Below are positions 38,804 through 51,564 of a stretch of DNA of 64,000 nucleotides, piece by piece. The stretch is from Callorhinchus milii (Eukaryota). Position numbers and translations under genes: made by a program. The notes beneath the pieces were generated by a model. That model saw only the letters and a program-made list of their open reading frames with translations, did not search any database and was not told where the DNA came from. Numbering within the stretch: position 1 is the stretch's first letter; each line of letters begins with the position of its first letter. The stretch lies in contig NW_024704743.1 in the NCBI RefSeq assembly GCF_018977255.1, positions 108,130,001 through 108,194,000 of the forward strand, given 5' to 3'.

Positions 38804-39570
38804 CAGCATTCACGGTTGCACACTCCACCTCACCAAGCCAGTTAGGAACCTGGACATCTTGATCGACCCTCAACTATCCTTTCTCCCCCATATCCATGCC
38901 ATGACCCCCACCTCTGCAACATTGCTTGATTCCGGCACTGCTTCACCGTTCAAACTAGCGAAACCCTCATGCATGCATTCGTCACCTCAAGGCTCGACTA
39001 CGGAAACTCCCTCTTTGTCGGCCTCCCCAACTCTTCCCTTCACCAACTGCAGATCATCCAGAACTCTGCAGCTCATGTCCTCTCCCGCACCAGGCTCCGT
39101 GCCCCATCACCCCCACCCTCGCCCAGCTCCACTGGCTCCCCATCCCTCAGAGGATAGAATTAAAAATCCTCATCCTCATTTTCAAGGTCCTCCATGGTCT
39201 TGCCTCGTCCTACATCTCTGACCTGCTGACCCCCTATTAACCTGTCAGCTCCCTCTGCTCAGCGGGCTCCAGCCTGCTCTGCATCTCTCGCCCGACCATC
39301 CCTACCATCTGTGACCGGGCTTTCAGCCTCTCTGCCCCTGGAACTCCAACCCACAATCCCTTCGCCTTGCTCCCTCTCTTGCCTCCTTCAAGGCATGACT
39401 CAAGACCCTCCTTTTTGACCGTGCCTTCAGCCGCCCTCCTATTCCCTCTGCCCTCCCTCATCCCAACCCTATTCGCCACCCTCGGGTTCTGATCCCTGAC
39501 TGTTCAGCGCCTTGGGTCCTCCTCCCGACGTGAAAGGCGCTTTACAAATATAATTTTGTTGTTGTTGTTG
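38804..39570 (+). mobile_element. L2 LINE 3' fragment (paralog of 31-822)
   Basis: [37 protein letters not shown]; (TGT)n tail. Confidence 0.92.
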
Positions 39571-39580
39571 TATTCAGCCT

Positions 39581-39715
39581 ACCGGGTTCCTACTTACTGT
39601 TCGGTAAACAGAAGTGTGTGGAGTAAGTAAACTTGCCCAGAGTTTCGCCCTGTGGGAATCCAACCCAGGTCTCTCGATTGCGAGGCGAGTGCTCTAATCA
39701 CTGAGCTGAAAGACT
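39581..39715 (-). mobile_element. tRNA-SINE long form, 5' half
   Basis: ACCGGGTTCCTACTTACTG...GAGTGCTCTAATCACTGAGCT. Confidence 0.85.
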
Positions 39716-40725
39716 TACTGCCTTGTAGCTCCCCCTCAGTCACATTTAGTATATGTGCTGTATGTGGAACTGGTAAAACAAAGCTTGCATCAGGTGATAA
39801 TCAAGTTGGAATTCAAGTTGAGGAGTATCAGAATTGCTTGACAAACCAATCTGTTTCTACCTGACTCTAAAACATTGAAACATGACTAGTTAAGACGTTA
39901 GCTAGGCATTCGCTTTCTGAAGCGACTTTGAAGGAATGCTTGCAGCTTCTATAATTTATGTGTTCAAAACAAATGTTTCAGGACTGTTTCAGCTCCGAGT
40001 GTCATGTATATTTCATTAGCTCTTGATGCTTGCGAAGAAGTTTAGAGAAGTATTACATGTAGAAAGTCTGTGACATGATTAGACTTATTGAATCGTAAGT
40101 GTTAACAACCAACTGCCCTCTTGTATATTATACTTCAGCAACAAGAACAATTTATATTCATGTAGCATCTTTATGTCAGGAGAGTATTTAAAAGCACTTC
40201 ACACAATTGACTGCCAGCCCCAAAATGGGGAAATCTTAGAGACATAGCTAAGATAAGTCGGTAATCCTAGCGATATGAGGGTGGGAATGGTAAACTAAGA
40301 GTAAGTGAGAGATCAGGTGTCAGTCTTGGAGAATCAGCAAGAGCGAGGAATTTGGGGGCACAGCGTGATCAGAAGGGAAGAGATGTGTAGCGTGTTGGAG
40401 AGCGATCTTAGACATGAAAAGTCCAGGAGGGAGTGATCTTTATTCAATCCTATTCAACTTGCGGATGATGGCTCCTGCCTGAAACACCAACCCCTCTGCT
40501 CTCCTGCTGAAGTCGATGGACTGGCAATGGATTCCCAGTACTTTATTTGAAGGTATCCAGCATTTGCTGTTTTCCTTTAGATCCATCCCAAGGTTTTAGC
40601 TTTGCTTTTGTTTCCTAACTGTGGACGGAAATCTCACTACCAGAGAGAATAAAAGTGTGAAGTTTAAAGTAAAAGGCCACAAGTAAATCTGTGAGCTATG
40701 CTAATCCAAGATGCTTGCCTCTGTC

Positions 40726-40739
40726 GTTGCCATGGCAAT
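40726..40739. promoter_or_regulatory. Candidate RFX X-box
   Basis: GTTGCCATGGCAAT matches the palindromic consensus GTTGCCATGGCAAC at 13/14 positions, in non-repeat DNA; function untested. Confidence 0.4.
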
Positions 40740-41269
40740 CATTGCCCACGTTTGTCATGACAGCCCTGACAAATTACTGATGTTGAACCTCAAACACCCC
40801 TCCAGTGGGGAGATATATACCTTTTTCACAGCAGAGCTCTGAATTGCTCTGTGCAATGATGATTCTTCTTGGGAACTTCAAGAAATTTTCAGTCCTATTT
40901 TTTTTCCAGTTATTTCCTCCCATTCTACAGACATTCATTCAACAAAGTGGCAACTGTGTTAGTAAAGGGCAATGAAAAGCAACACATCCTCTCACTGCAA
41001 TTCCAATCTTATTCAGTCACAAGATGGAATTTTTAACAGGAGGATATCACTGCAAACATGCTTGGGACAATTGATATAACAGACATGTAAGCGAGTCCTA
41101 TAATCTTAGCTATTTTTGCAAACAATTAGCACCAAATTCAAAGAAATCGTCGCTCTCAGCCTTCATGGATGGGAATCCTGTCTCCAGTAGAAATAGAAAG
41201 TGGTGGATAATCAAGGTTCGCCGCATTGTGTTTGTAGAAACCTGCAGCAAATTGTTACCAGTAGACTGA

Positions 41270-41640
41270 TAAAAATTGACTTTGATGTAATGCCTTTTCA
41301 TGTTATCAAGATGTTTCAATGCACATCATAGGATTTTTATTATAACATGTAGTTACAATTAAACTACACATTACAATAAAAAATATTGTAGATGGATGCA
41401 GCAGCCAATTTGTCCACAGCAATATCCCACTCACAGCTATTAAGTGAATGACCAATTTTATCTGGGTGATTGTTGGCCAGGATACTGGGATAAATTCCCT
41501 TCTCTTTTTAATGTCCTCCTAAAAATGCAGAAATCACTTTAATATCTCGTCCAAAGGATGGTACTTCTGACAATTGTAATGCTTCCCCAGCATTTTTCCA
41601 TAATTCTTCCAGCACTGTACTGGAGTGTCTGAGTACCGGA
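41270..41640 (-). mobile_element. Deu-domain SINE, degraded
   Basis: CAGCCAATTTGTCCACAGCAATATCCCAC and GTTGGCCAGGATAC Deu blocks in antisense. Confidence 0.75.
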
Positions 41641-42255
41641 CTCCTGAATTTTGAGTGAATCACAAGCAGTTCTTTACATAAAGTACCTGCTTGGGAGTTA
41701 TTTGAATGAGGCAGGTGAGGGAGCGAGATGAGGAGGGACAGAGAGCTGAGTGAGGATAGTGAGAGAGAGAGTGGGGGAGGAAGGTGACAGAGAGCTGAGC
41801 TGAGTGCAGAAACAGTGTGAACAGAGAATTTCTGATTCCACTTCTCTTTTCAAGACAAACTGTAACATTAAACAACCTGTAGAATAATTCTCAAATATCT
41901 TTCAGTAACTCCAACTTCAAAATAGTACCTGCTCTGTATCAATCTTATTTCTCCACTGGGTCTTCTTTAGAAAGAATGCTGAATAACTGTAATTCCAAAT
42001 TCACTCGTTTAACTAAATACTTTCAGTTAAAAGGTGTCGGAGCTGGGAATGCAGCTTTCACTCTGTTGTGAATTAAAAACAGGGCCCAAAGCTGAAAGGG
42101 CAATATTTCTAACAGTGTGCTAGTCACTCTATCCTCAAATTGTTACAGCTGATGACAGTTTTGTTACTGCAGAGTGAAAATCCTGTTGTGTGATGTGTTA
42201 ATTGTTGCATATTTGATAAAGAGTCAATGATAGACTAACCTAATATCTCAATGCA

Positions 42256-42566
42256 GGAGTCCTGTAGCTCAGTGGTTAGAGCACTTGCTTTGCAAGTGAG
42301 AGACCTGAGTTCAATTCCAGGCAGGGTGAAACCTTGGGCAAGTTTCCTTACTCCACACAGAGCCTAATAATAATCCCTCCAAAACCAAAAACAATAATAA
42401 ATTGGTCATTTTCAATCTATGACTGTTTGTGGGACATTGCTGTGCGCAATTGGATGCCGCGTTCGCCCACAAATATACAGTCAATTCACTTTACAGTGTG
42501 TTCTGTGAAGCGCTTTGGGACGTCCTCCCGACGTGAAAAGCGCTATATCAAATGCAAGGATTATAA
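42256..42566 (+). mobile_element. tRNA-derived SINE, short young form, full length
   Basis: Near-identical to 22468-22794; possible AATGC TSD. Confidence 0.95.
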
Positions 42567-45500
42567 TGCTTCCTCCCTTGCACATTCCCCTCCTGTAGTG
42601 AGAGGGAGGAGCAGGCAGAGGAGGGGCTCAGGATTTTGTGGTTGAGGCTGGAACACCCCATTACATCACAAGGAAGGCAAATTTTATTTTCTCCATCCAG
42701 AGGACTGTACATCGGAATTCAAACTTGTTTTGACAATGAGGCCAGAAATTCGCCATGTAAGGCATGTAGGATTGCACAGGTGGGAAATCCTTCCCATTTG
42801 AGAAGCTCCTTTTTTAAAATTTTTAAACAGCAATAACATCAACTTGCATTTATATAGCGCCTTTCACTCAGGTAACTACTTGGAGAGCTTAAAGAGTTGG
42901 CTTCCTAATTAAGGCTGAATGTAAAAATATACTGCTACTCAGGCCCCTGAATGCACCAACCTCAAGAGTCAGTGTTCAATACGCAGTCTGACCATGTTGT
43001 GGTACAATGTTTTGGGATCATGAAATCAGACACCATATTCTAACAGATCTGTGAAATAAAAACGGCCGCAGCTCCTGCAGTGCAGGCCTTCTTCACACGA
43101 GTTTCTAGGACTAGGAATGATGGTGATAACGGTTGGCTTTGTTCAAAATGTTGGTATCTTGTTTTTGCAGGGAGCCAGACAGTCAGCACTACAAGTTGGA
43201 AGTGTCCCGCATGTGTGGTGTAGTGCGGATCCACAACATAATGGCTCTATAAATGGACTCGTACTATAATAAGTTGTTTATAACTGGGTCTGGCTGTATG
43301 TAGACTAGACCACTCGATTAAGTGCTTTGTGGCTCTTAATTGAGTGGTTAGTGGTTAGTTCTGGAGCACTTTTCTTTAAGGGAGAAAACTGCAAGGAAGC
43401 TTGACAGCAGCATGGACTAGACATTCTGAGGTGATACAGTGCAAGTCAAGAGATTCATTTCAGTACATTCACGGAACAAGGATCACCCCCTTACCAATCC
43501 TGTAGAGACCAGCTGTGGCGAAGGTTTGTCATGTTTCTAACTATTGAAAACTATATAATGCTTTATAATCGATTTTAAATGAAATAGAAAATATGAACAG
43601 TTCTAAATTGGATTGAGCCTTTAAAGGATTCATTCAGATTGCTTCCTTCCATTGTGAGGCCCTCTGGTTCCAAAGTATTCATTTAAATTCAGATCAACTG
43701 GTATTTCAATTTAGGCTAGATTAAAATATCCTCATGAGTTGCTCTCTAAAATTGTAGTCATTTGGGAAATATGCACATACAAGGTTACTTCAGTTCATAT
43801 GTTTTAAAGAGATTGCTGGCCTGTGTGAACTGGATTTATGGAGCCACAGTATTAGCAGTCATTCATATACAATTGTTCACTTTTTCACAGCCCATCATCT
43901 CATTGTAATCAAAATTCAGCCTGGCAAGTAATGAAAATATCAACGTGGATGACTGCATTGGTCAGAGTCCAATCTTACGCTATATTTCACAACCCATTAA
44001 AAAATAGCTTTTTGCAACATTCGAATTCACAGAAGTCACACTTCATAGGTTGATGTTATTTACATCAAAGTATTTTATGACATGGTGTGAACCTGCTTGC
44101 TTGTAGTGTTTACTGTGTTTACTGAGATGGTTGAAATCTCTGACTATCACCACTTTTTGCCGACAGTCTTTTGCTAGCAATTTCAGACAAATGCCCATTT
44201 CTGACCACTGAAATAGTATTCCATTATAATCTAGTTCTTAGAGTTTTATAAATACAAAACAATAGTTGGAGCTGTTAAGCGCCTTGGGAGGTCCTCCTAA
44301 TGTGAAGGTGTAAATTTGATTTGCATACTCTAAAGTATTGGTACATATTTAAAAGACCAGACAATTACAAGGATTTTCTGCAATGGGTACAGGCTGTCAC
44401 TGTTGTTGAATGTGCAGTGACTAAATTGAACAAGAGGTCGTCGGCCAACATTCAATTTACCCTTTCTGAGGTATTGCAGTCAAGGCCATCAGAGAAGGAA
44501 CATTATTACATTGTCTTTTTGAAGTTGGAAAATGCCGCTGAAAATGTATTCCTATTTCTTTTAACAATGCTTTTACTATTAGTTTTAAAGAATAATACAG
44601 AGAAACAGCAGTGTGTTGTTTCCCATTATTAGCAAGCAATAATCCATGCATTTCATATTGCTCCTGCAATCTCAAAAGATCTCTGAAACATCTCTGTAGA
44701 AAAACTGATCTCAGTCCTCATCATATCATATGGCACAATATCACCATTTGTCACGTAGCAAAATATTTGTTAGTGCTGGTGATCAGCATAATATTACACC
44801 TTTCCCAGCATTCAAAAACTATACCTTACCTTCTTGAACTGCCTCTCTCTTCCCTTCCGGTTTGCTCCCTCATGATCTGTCTTGAAGTCCTGCTTAAAAA
44901 CCTATTATTTGAACATGCCTGTGATCACCACACCTTTTCTCCCTTGCTCAGAGTCTGTCCCTGTGAAGCGCCTCTGAAAAGTTGTCCTATATTAAGAGTG
45001 CTATCTATATAAATGCAAGTTGTTATTGGGTGTATAACATTTCGAAAGTGTCATGTTTACACAAATTATTTCAGCATTCAGTGCAGGTGCAAGAGACCCG
45101 CTTATTGTCTGTTTGAGGGAATTGGCAGAGATATCTTGAAGATCAGACCATTGCTACTGTGTTTAGGAAAGGTGGTTGGGTCATATTGATTGCTATTACT
45201 TGTATAATTGATTCAACGAGAAAAGAGACAGAGTGATGGATTGGGGAATGTTCTCTACATGGAACTCCAACTCTGCCAGAATTTCATGATGACACAGATT
45301 AGATTTGTATTGAGTGCTCTGATTGATCTTTGTAACTGCACTGTGTAAGATCTAGATAAAGTTCCAGCCCTTCTCTTCAGCAATTAGGTCTAGTCATGTG
45401 CAGCTATTAGGGATCTTACTTAAAGATAAGAACCCATCATGATTGGGGTGACTAATAAGGTCCCACAGTTCATCCATGTGAAGGCTCTTTAGAAAGGAAG

Positions 45501-46144
45501 CTCAGCGATCCAGGGCTTTGAGACATGACATAATGTAAAAGCATGAAACACATACTGGCCTTTAAAAAGCAAACAGCAGTTTCCTTCCCTTCTGTACATA
45601 TTGTCAGGCATTAGGTAAAAGCCCAACACAAACTTGAGTCCTGAGGCGGGCTTGACTGGCTGGATGTTTTTTACACAGTCGGGTTTTAATATGTGGTTCT
45701 GCTTTGGCAAAGCAACATGTGCCCTTTACTACTACAGTCTACAGCAGTTCCAGCGGACTGCCTTATCAGCAGGCTATTTTAAATGGGATGTTTATTAAAG
45801 ATTACATTTACTGAAATGTTTTCCCACAAAACACACAGGTGTTTACGATATATCCTGTGAAACATACGTACTTTGACACATCCTCCTGATATGAAAATCA
45901 GAATACCAAGCATAAGTATTATTAATAATAATAAACACCACTATCTATTCCAAATGTGTGAGCCTTGGAAGTGAATGTTAATGGCTATTCAACAAGAAGA
46001 GTCTCATAGCTGAGCCCCTATCCTCACCCAGGCTACAACGGGGTTGGCATGTACCACTCTAGGCACAGTGGTATGGAGCTACAAAGTTTTTTTCACCTCA
46101 ATACTCAAACAGCAGCAAAGTTTTTCAGTTGCTCTCAGCTTATT

Positions 46145-46522
46145 GGAGTCCTGTAGCTTAGTGGTTAGAGCACTCGCCCCGCAAGCAAGAGGACCTGGGT
46201 TTGATTACCGGGCAGGGTAAAACGTTGGGTAAGTTTCCTTACTCCACACGCCTCTGCTTACCTAGCAGTAAGTAGGACCCAGTTGTTAATCGATTGGCAG
46301 ATCTCTTTTCCAGGGGTAATAATTACTTCAAAACAAAAATTAATTTAAAAAAATGTTGTCACTCTATCCACGACTGTTTGTGGGACACTGCTGTGTGCAA
46401 TTGGCTGTCGTGTTTCGCCCACAAAATATAGTCAATTCACTATACAGTATATTCTGTGAAGCGTTTTGAGATGTCTCAAAGGCGTGATAAGGCGCTATAT
46501 CAAATGCAAGGATTATTATTAT
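46145..46522 (+). mobile_element. tRNA-derived SINE, long form, full length
   Basis: Head, CORE-like block, Deu 3' block, GATAAGGCGCTATATCAAATGCAAGG(ATT)n. Confidence 0.92.
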
Positions 46523-47684
46523 CATGATCTCTATATATCTGTCATTACCGAGGAAGAATGAAATAGTACACATCAGGAAGAAGGGAATAGAAGGAAATTT
46601 TGCTTGGAGAAGTGGAGCCTGATGTCACCTCATATACTGCAATCATTTCCCCCTTCCCCACTGTGTGAGAACTATAGCACATTACGTATTATACAGCTTA
46701 TTCACTTATTTCAGCATTTAACAGCTACATTTTCCATTCGTGGAACAGTGATACTGAATGCAACAAACTAGAAAGAGCTAACTGATGCCGACATATGTTA
46801 GAGTAATCTCAAATCTACGAATATCCCCACAAGTCTAAAACACCAAATAAACACAAGATTGAATATACCTACATGAATCCTTCTGGTTTACAGAGAGACT
46901 TCCCATGAGTTTTAGACTCATCGAACTGTGTATCTTGGTTAAAGCCTCATGTCTTATCGTCAGATTTCCCTTGTGTAAAAAATGATCACCTTGGTTGTGC
47001 TGCAGAAGTCCAGTAGCACAGTATGTGGTGTAATTCCTCGCACAGTTTATTACCAATGGAATATAGAGAGGTGATTTTGGATTTGGATTTCAGCTATTTT
47101 GTAAGTTGGGAAGCTTTATTATAGGATCATAAAGATTATAACACAGGAGGAGGCCATTCGGCTCATTGAGCTAATATAGTTAGTAACTCCTCCTTCACTA
47201 GAGTTACATACTTTCCTTTTCTAGGGAATAAGAGGCCCACAATTTCTCATAGTCTTAGCCTTAAAAAAAACTTAAGATCACGTGCAATTTTGAAAAATTG
47301 TAAATTAAGTCAGAATTTAAAAGCTGATTTTCCACGGTACTGAATGAAAAAGAACTGTGGAAAAATGGTTTCCAAATTAAGTTGAATTGAATTTTCTAAA
47401 ATTCTGCAGGTACTTGAATTTAAAGACAATGGTCTTAAAGCTAAGATGGGAACTGAATGATTCATAAAGGCTTGTGTTGCATCGAATTAAACAAACTGTA
47501 CAGCGCGGAAACAGGCCATTCTGCCTAACCAGTCATTGCTGCTGTTTGTACTTTACAGGAGCCTCCACACATCCTAATGCCCTCTGTCCATCCCTCTCTT
47601 ATATGCCTCCATTCCATTCTCTCTCATGTGTGTTCAAGTGCCTTCATTTTGGCAGGATCCTGCTTATCTGATTCAGTAGTAATG

Positions 47685-47821
47685 GCTGTGCGCAATTGGC
47701 TGCCGCGTTCGCCCACAAATATACAGCCAATTCACTTTACAGTGTGTTCTGTGAAGCGCTTTGGGACGTCCTCCCGACGTGAAAAGCGCTATATCAAATG
47801 CAAGGATTATTATTATTATTA
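47685..47821 (+). mobile_element. Young SINE, 5'-truncated 3' end
   Basis: Matches the 3' ~135 nt of 42256-42566. Confidence 0.92.
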
Positions 47822-50080
47822 CTTGAAGGTTAGCAGATGAATTACACTTAATAGAGAAGTTTATCTGTCTGTCTGTATGCTAACCATGTTTTGATGGCTG
47901 AAGCTCCAACAGCATGAATTATTCCACACCACACGATTCTACCCTCCGCAGTGCTGCTTGTTGAATCTCCTTATTGAATTCCCAAGTTTCAAAGTATTGA
48001 AAGCATTCTTCATGTTTTTATGCGACTTGCTATGTCACGATGGGCCATCAAGCTAGTGATTGAATGAAGTTGTGTGCCTTTCAGATGATTTGTAATCATC
48101 AGATGCTTAAAATTGACTTGCATGAGAAAGTTACCAATGTTGAGGTGAAAAGGCTGGAGTCTGAGAATAATCAAACACACGCACCTTGAAGAGAGATAGT
48201 GGAGAAGAGACGTATCATATCAATTAACAGCGAATGAATGCAAAAGGTGATCATTCCTCCTTCTTTGTTTCCCGCCACCCCATCCCCACGTCTCAGGCAG
48301 AGAAGATAAAAATCCTGTAATTGCTGGACAAGAAAGGTATTTGAAGAAAGAAATTAAATTAATTAGTCAATTCAATGTGAGAGAGAGGTAGGGATTTCCT
48401 AAAATTACCTCTCTTAGATGGTTTAAACTTCCCTGCCACCTTTCTACAGATATTATCTTTAACAGTGACCCCTTTGTTCTTCAAGATGAGTAATCAAATT
48501 TCTATCATCCCAATATCACAAAGGAGTCTAATATTTGCTGCTCACTGAACACAGCGATTGTTTCCATTGAGTCTATAATGCCAATTGTAGACATTTAATA
48601 TAGCACCTTCACTTCAGGAGGATGCATTAAAATGCTTCACAGGATTTACTGTAAAGTGTGTATGGTGTAGGCAAACTTGGCAACCAATCCGTAAATAACC
48701 CACAACACACAGACTCAACCCACAACGAAGGCCCACAAACAGCCATAAAGTGAATGACCAAACCCATCTGGGGGATTGCTGTAGTTATGGGATTTTCCAA
48801 CAATTACATTTTCCCAAACTGGGGCAAGTTGTGCCATTTCATAATACATTCCTTATGTTAATTAGTTAACAAGGAATGGGTTATGAAACATCACAAACAT
48901 TACCCTCATTAGTGCACAGCATCAATGCGCACCAAGAGAAATGTCTCCAGTTCTACCAACTAAAAATTGGTAGAAAGCATCAAATGAGGTGTTTGACACC
49001 CTCCATTTACTGTATGTCTAATATCTACAATTTTGGTGATAAATTGGATATATTATTGTGCCAGGAGGCTGACATGAAGTTGTGTAAGATTTCTCAAACA
49101 TAATTGCGCAATGTCTGTAAATTTTAATCTGCTTTCCTCGAGGCAGGATTTATTCAAATGGAATAAATTACAATCTTTGAAATTATTATCAAAACAGTGT
49201 TGTTTGGGGGCAGTTTTGCAATCATTACCAGTTCATTGTTATCCATTATGAGATAATGAGTGCCTAGGGCAAATGGGAACCACTGTTTCTGTGAAATGGT
49301 CTAAGATATAATGGTGCTGTTTTGAGTGAAGCTTTTATTTAACATGGTTAATGAGGTCAATTTTTACATGTGCAATTGCTGCACGTCGGTTTCATTAATG
49401 AGACAGAATGTAGGGAATCCCAGTCTGGGCTGGTTTAACTGATCTGAAGCAGGGCAACAGTTAGGCACTTAAATTGGCCTTGGAACTCATGGGTTTGGTT
49501 GGGAAAAATTCCTATTTCCCGTTACTATTCCATATCGTCCATCCAACCCCCTTCCCCACAGGATTGGTGCACACTTGTGAATATTGAGTGATGTCTATGG
49601 GGTCCGAGACACTACCACGTGTGAAAGGTGCTATGTAAATACAAGTTGTTGTTGTTGCTGGCAGGGCTAGACTCAAATGCCTCATCCCTCCAAATCCCCA
49701 GAGTTGAATACAAACAACAACTTCCTGTAGGATAACTTTTTGGAGCGCCTTGAGAAGCCCAACCATGCTCACTGTTACTGACAAGTGAAATAATGGTTCA
49801 CTTGCCTAGGCATTGTTTGGCACTGGACGTTTGTCAAACTGTAGCCAGGTACACCAGCTGGGATTGAAAACTGGATGTGATGCTTGCCACCAACAGTTTT
49901 TTTTCGGGCTGTTTCTCAGATGACTTGATAAATCAGATGAAAGTTTGAAATGTAAAATGCTGCCTGAAAAGCAATCCGATCCAGCCTGTGAGTTGTGATT
50001 TTTCCCTTTTTTTTAAGTGACATCGGTAGCAAATCCCATACTTTCACTTGCAAACTGGATGTTACTATTAACTCCTACAA

Positions 50081-50448
50081 AATAATAATTATAATAATAA
50101 TCCTTGCATTTGATATCACGCCTTATCATGTCTTTGAGACATCCCAAAGAATTTACTGTAAAGTGAATTACTGTATATTTTGTGGGTGAAACGTGGCAGC
50201 CAATTGCGCACAGCAGTGTCCCACAAACAGTTTTGGGTTGAAGTGACCAATTTATTATTTTTTTAAAGAATTATTACTCCTAGAAAGGCGATCTGCCAAA
50301 TTGACTAACAACCGGGTTCCTTCTTACTGCTAGGTAAACAGAAGCATGTGGAGTAAGGAAACTTGCCCAACATTTTGCCCTACTGGGAATCGAACCCAGG
50401 TCCCGCTTGCGAGGCGAGTGCTCCAACCACTGAGCTACAGGTCTCCAC
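50081..50448 (-). mobile_element. tRNA-derived SINE, long form, full length
   Basis: Complete antisense layout. Confidence 0.9.
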
Positions 50449-51172
50449 AGTCACTACAGTTTACGATGGTTCACTTAAAGCAATTTGAGACGTGAAAGGT
50501 GCTGTATCAATCACACGGATTATAGGATTGAAATCACCCCTTGATTTCTGGCTTGCGCAGATTGAAGTTTCAAGTCTTTGACTAAATGTAGCTGAAAAGT
50601 TTAGATCCGGTGAAGATCTAACTTTGCCATTTGGAATGGTATGTAAGGATATTGAGGGCCTCATTTCAGATACCACTTAGGGAATAAAACGATGCTACAA
50701 TCTGTTCATCTTTCCCATATTATGTTAGGAGCTGGTCAAGCACCATTGACCTCTGGTGACCTAAGCTGTCATCTGACTCATCTGGATGACAGCAGCAATC
50801 TGTGAGAATCCATTTAGCTCCTGAAGATGACTCAGGGGACAGTACTGAGAGTAAAAAAAAATTGACATTTGCTACTCGATTTTTTTTAATAGGATCCAGT
50901 GTAGTGCCTTTTGAAGTGAATGTCTTTTCTCTACTTGCTAGTTAGCCATCCTTGTACTTTGAACCCTGACCTTACATGTACGCCCGTACATTTGTAAAAG
51001 GCCATTAGAATTATTTTGGGGAGATGGATCTGAGAGTCTTAGTTCCATTTTTCACCACTTGCCACCATTTGTTGGCCTGGAGAAATTATGAAAAAGTCAC
51101 TTAAGCGGTTCACATTCACATGAATGCCTTGACCTCATTGCAATACTTATAATTGATACGTATTGGATGATG

Positions 51173-51546
51173 ATAATAATAATCCTTGCATTTGATATAG
51201 CGCCTTATCACATCTTTGAGAAATCTCAAAACGCTTCACAGAATATACTGTAAAGTGAAACGACTGTATATTTTATGGCGAAATGCTGCAGCCAATTGCA
51301 CACCGCAGTGTCACACAAACAGTCATGGATTGAAGTGACCAATTTTTATTATCATTTTTTAAGGATTGTTATTTCCGGAAAAGCGATCCGCCAATCGACT
51401 AATAACCAGGTTCCTACTTACTGCTTGGTAAACAGAAGCGTGAGGAGTAAGGAAACTTGCCCAACATTTTGTCGTGTCGGGAATCGAACCCAGGTCTCTC
51501 ACTGCTTGCAAGGCAAGTGCTCTAACCACTGAGCTACAGGACTCCA
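51173..51546 (-). mobile_element. tRNA-derived SINE, long form, full length
   Basis: Complete antisense layout. Confidence 0.92.
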
Positions 51547-51564
51547 ATACAATATAGATTTTTA

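Larger units (their letters stand above)
37540..39583 (-). repeat. Inverted segmental duplicate of ~18-1478
   Basis: Non-repeat sequence 37724-38148 is the reverse complement of ~829-1297; the same L2 truncation point and the same 13-bp flank TATTCAGCCTACC are present. Confidence 0.9.

Noticed and set aside
42334..42645. Recurrent short ORFs (MGKFPYST..., ...KRYIKCKDYYYY, MESCSSVVRAL...) as a peptide family
   Set aside because: Incidental translations of SINE copies and (ATT)n tails.
47845..47890. Helitron-like 5' motif (TTAATAGAGAAGTTTATCTGTCTGTCTG)
   Set aside because: Too short, and no 3' hairpin/CTRR end identified.
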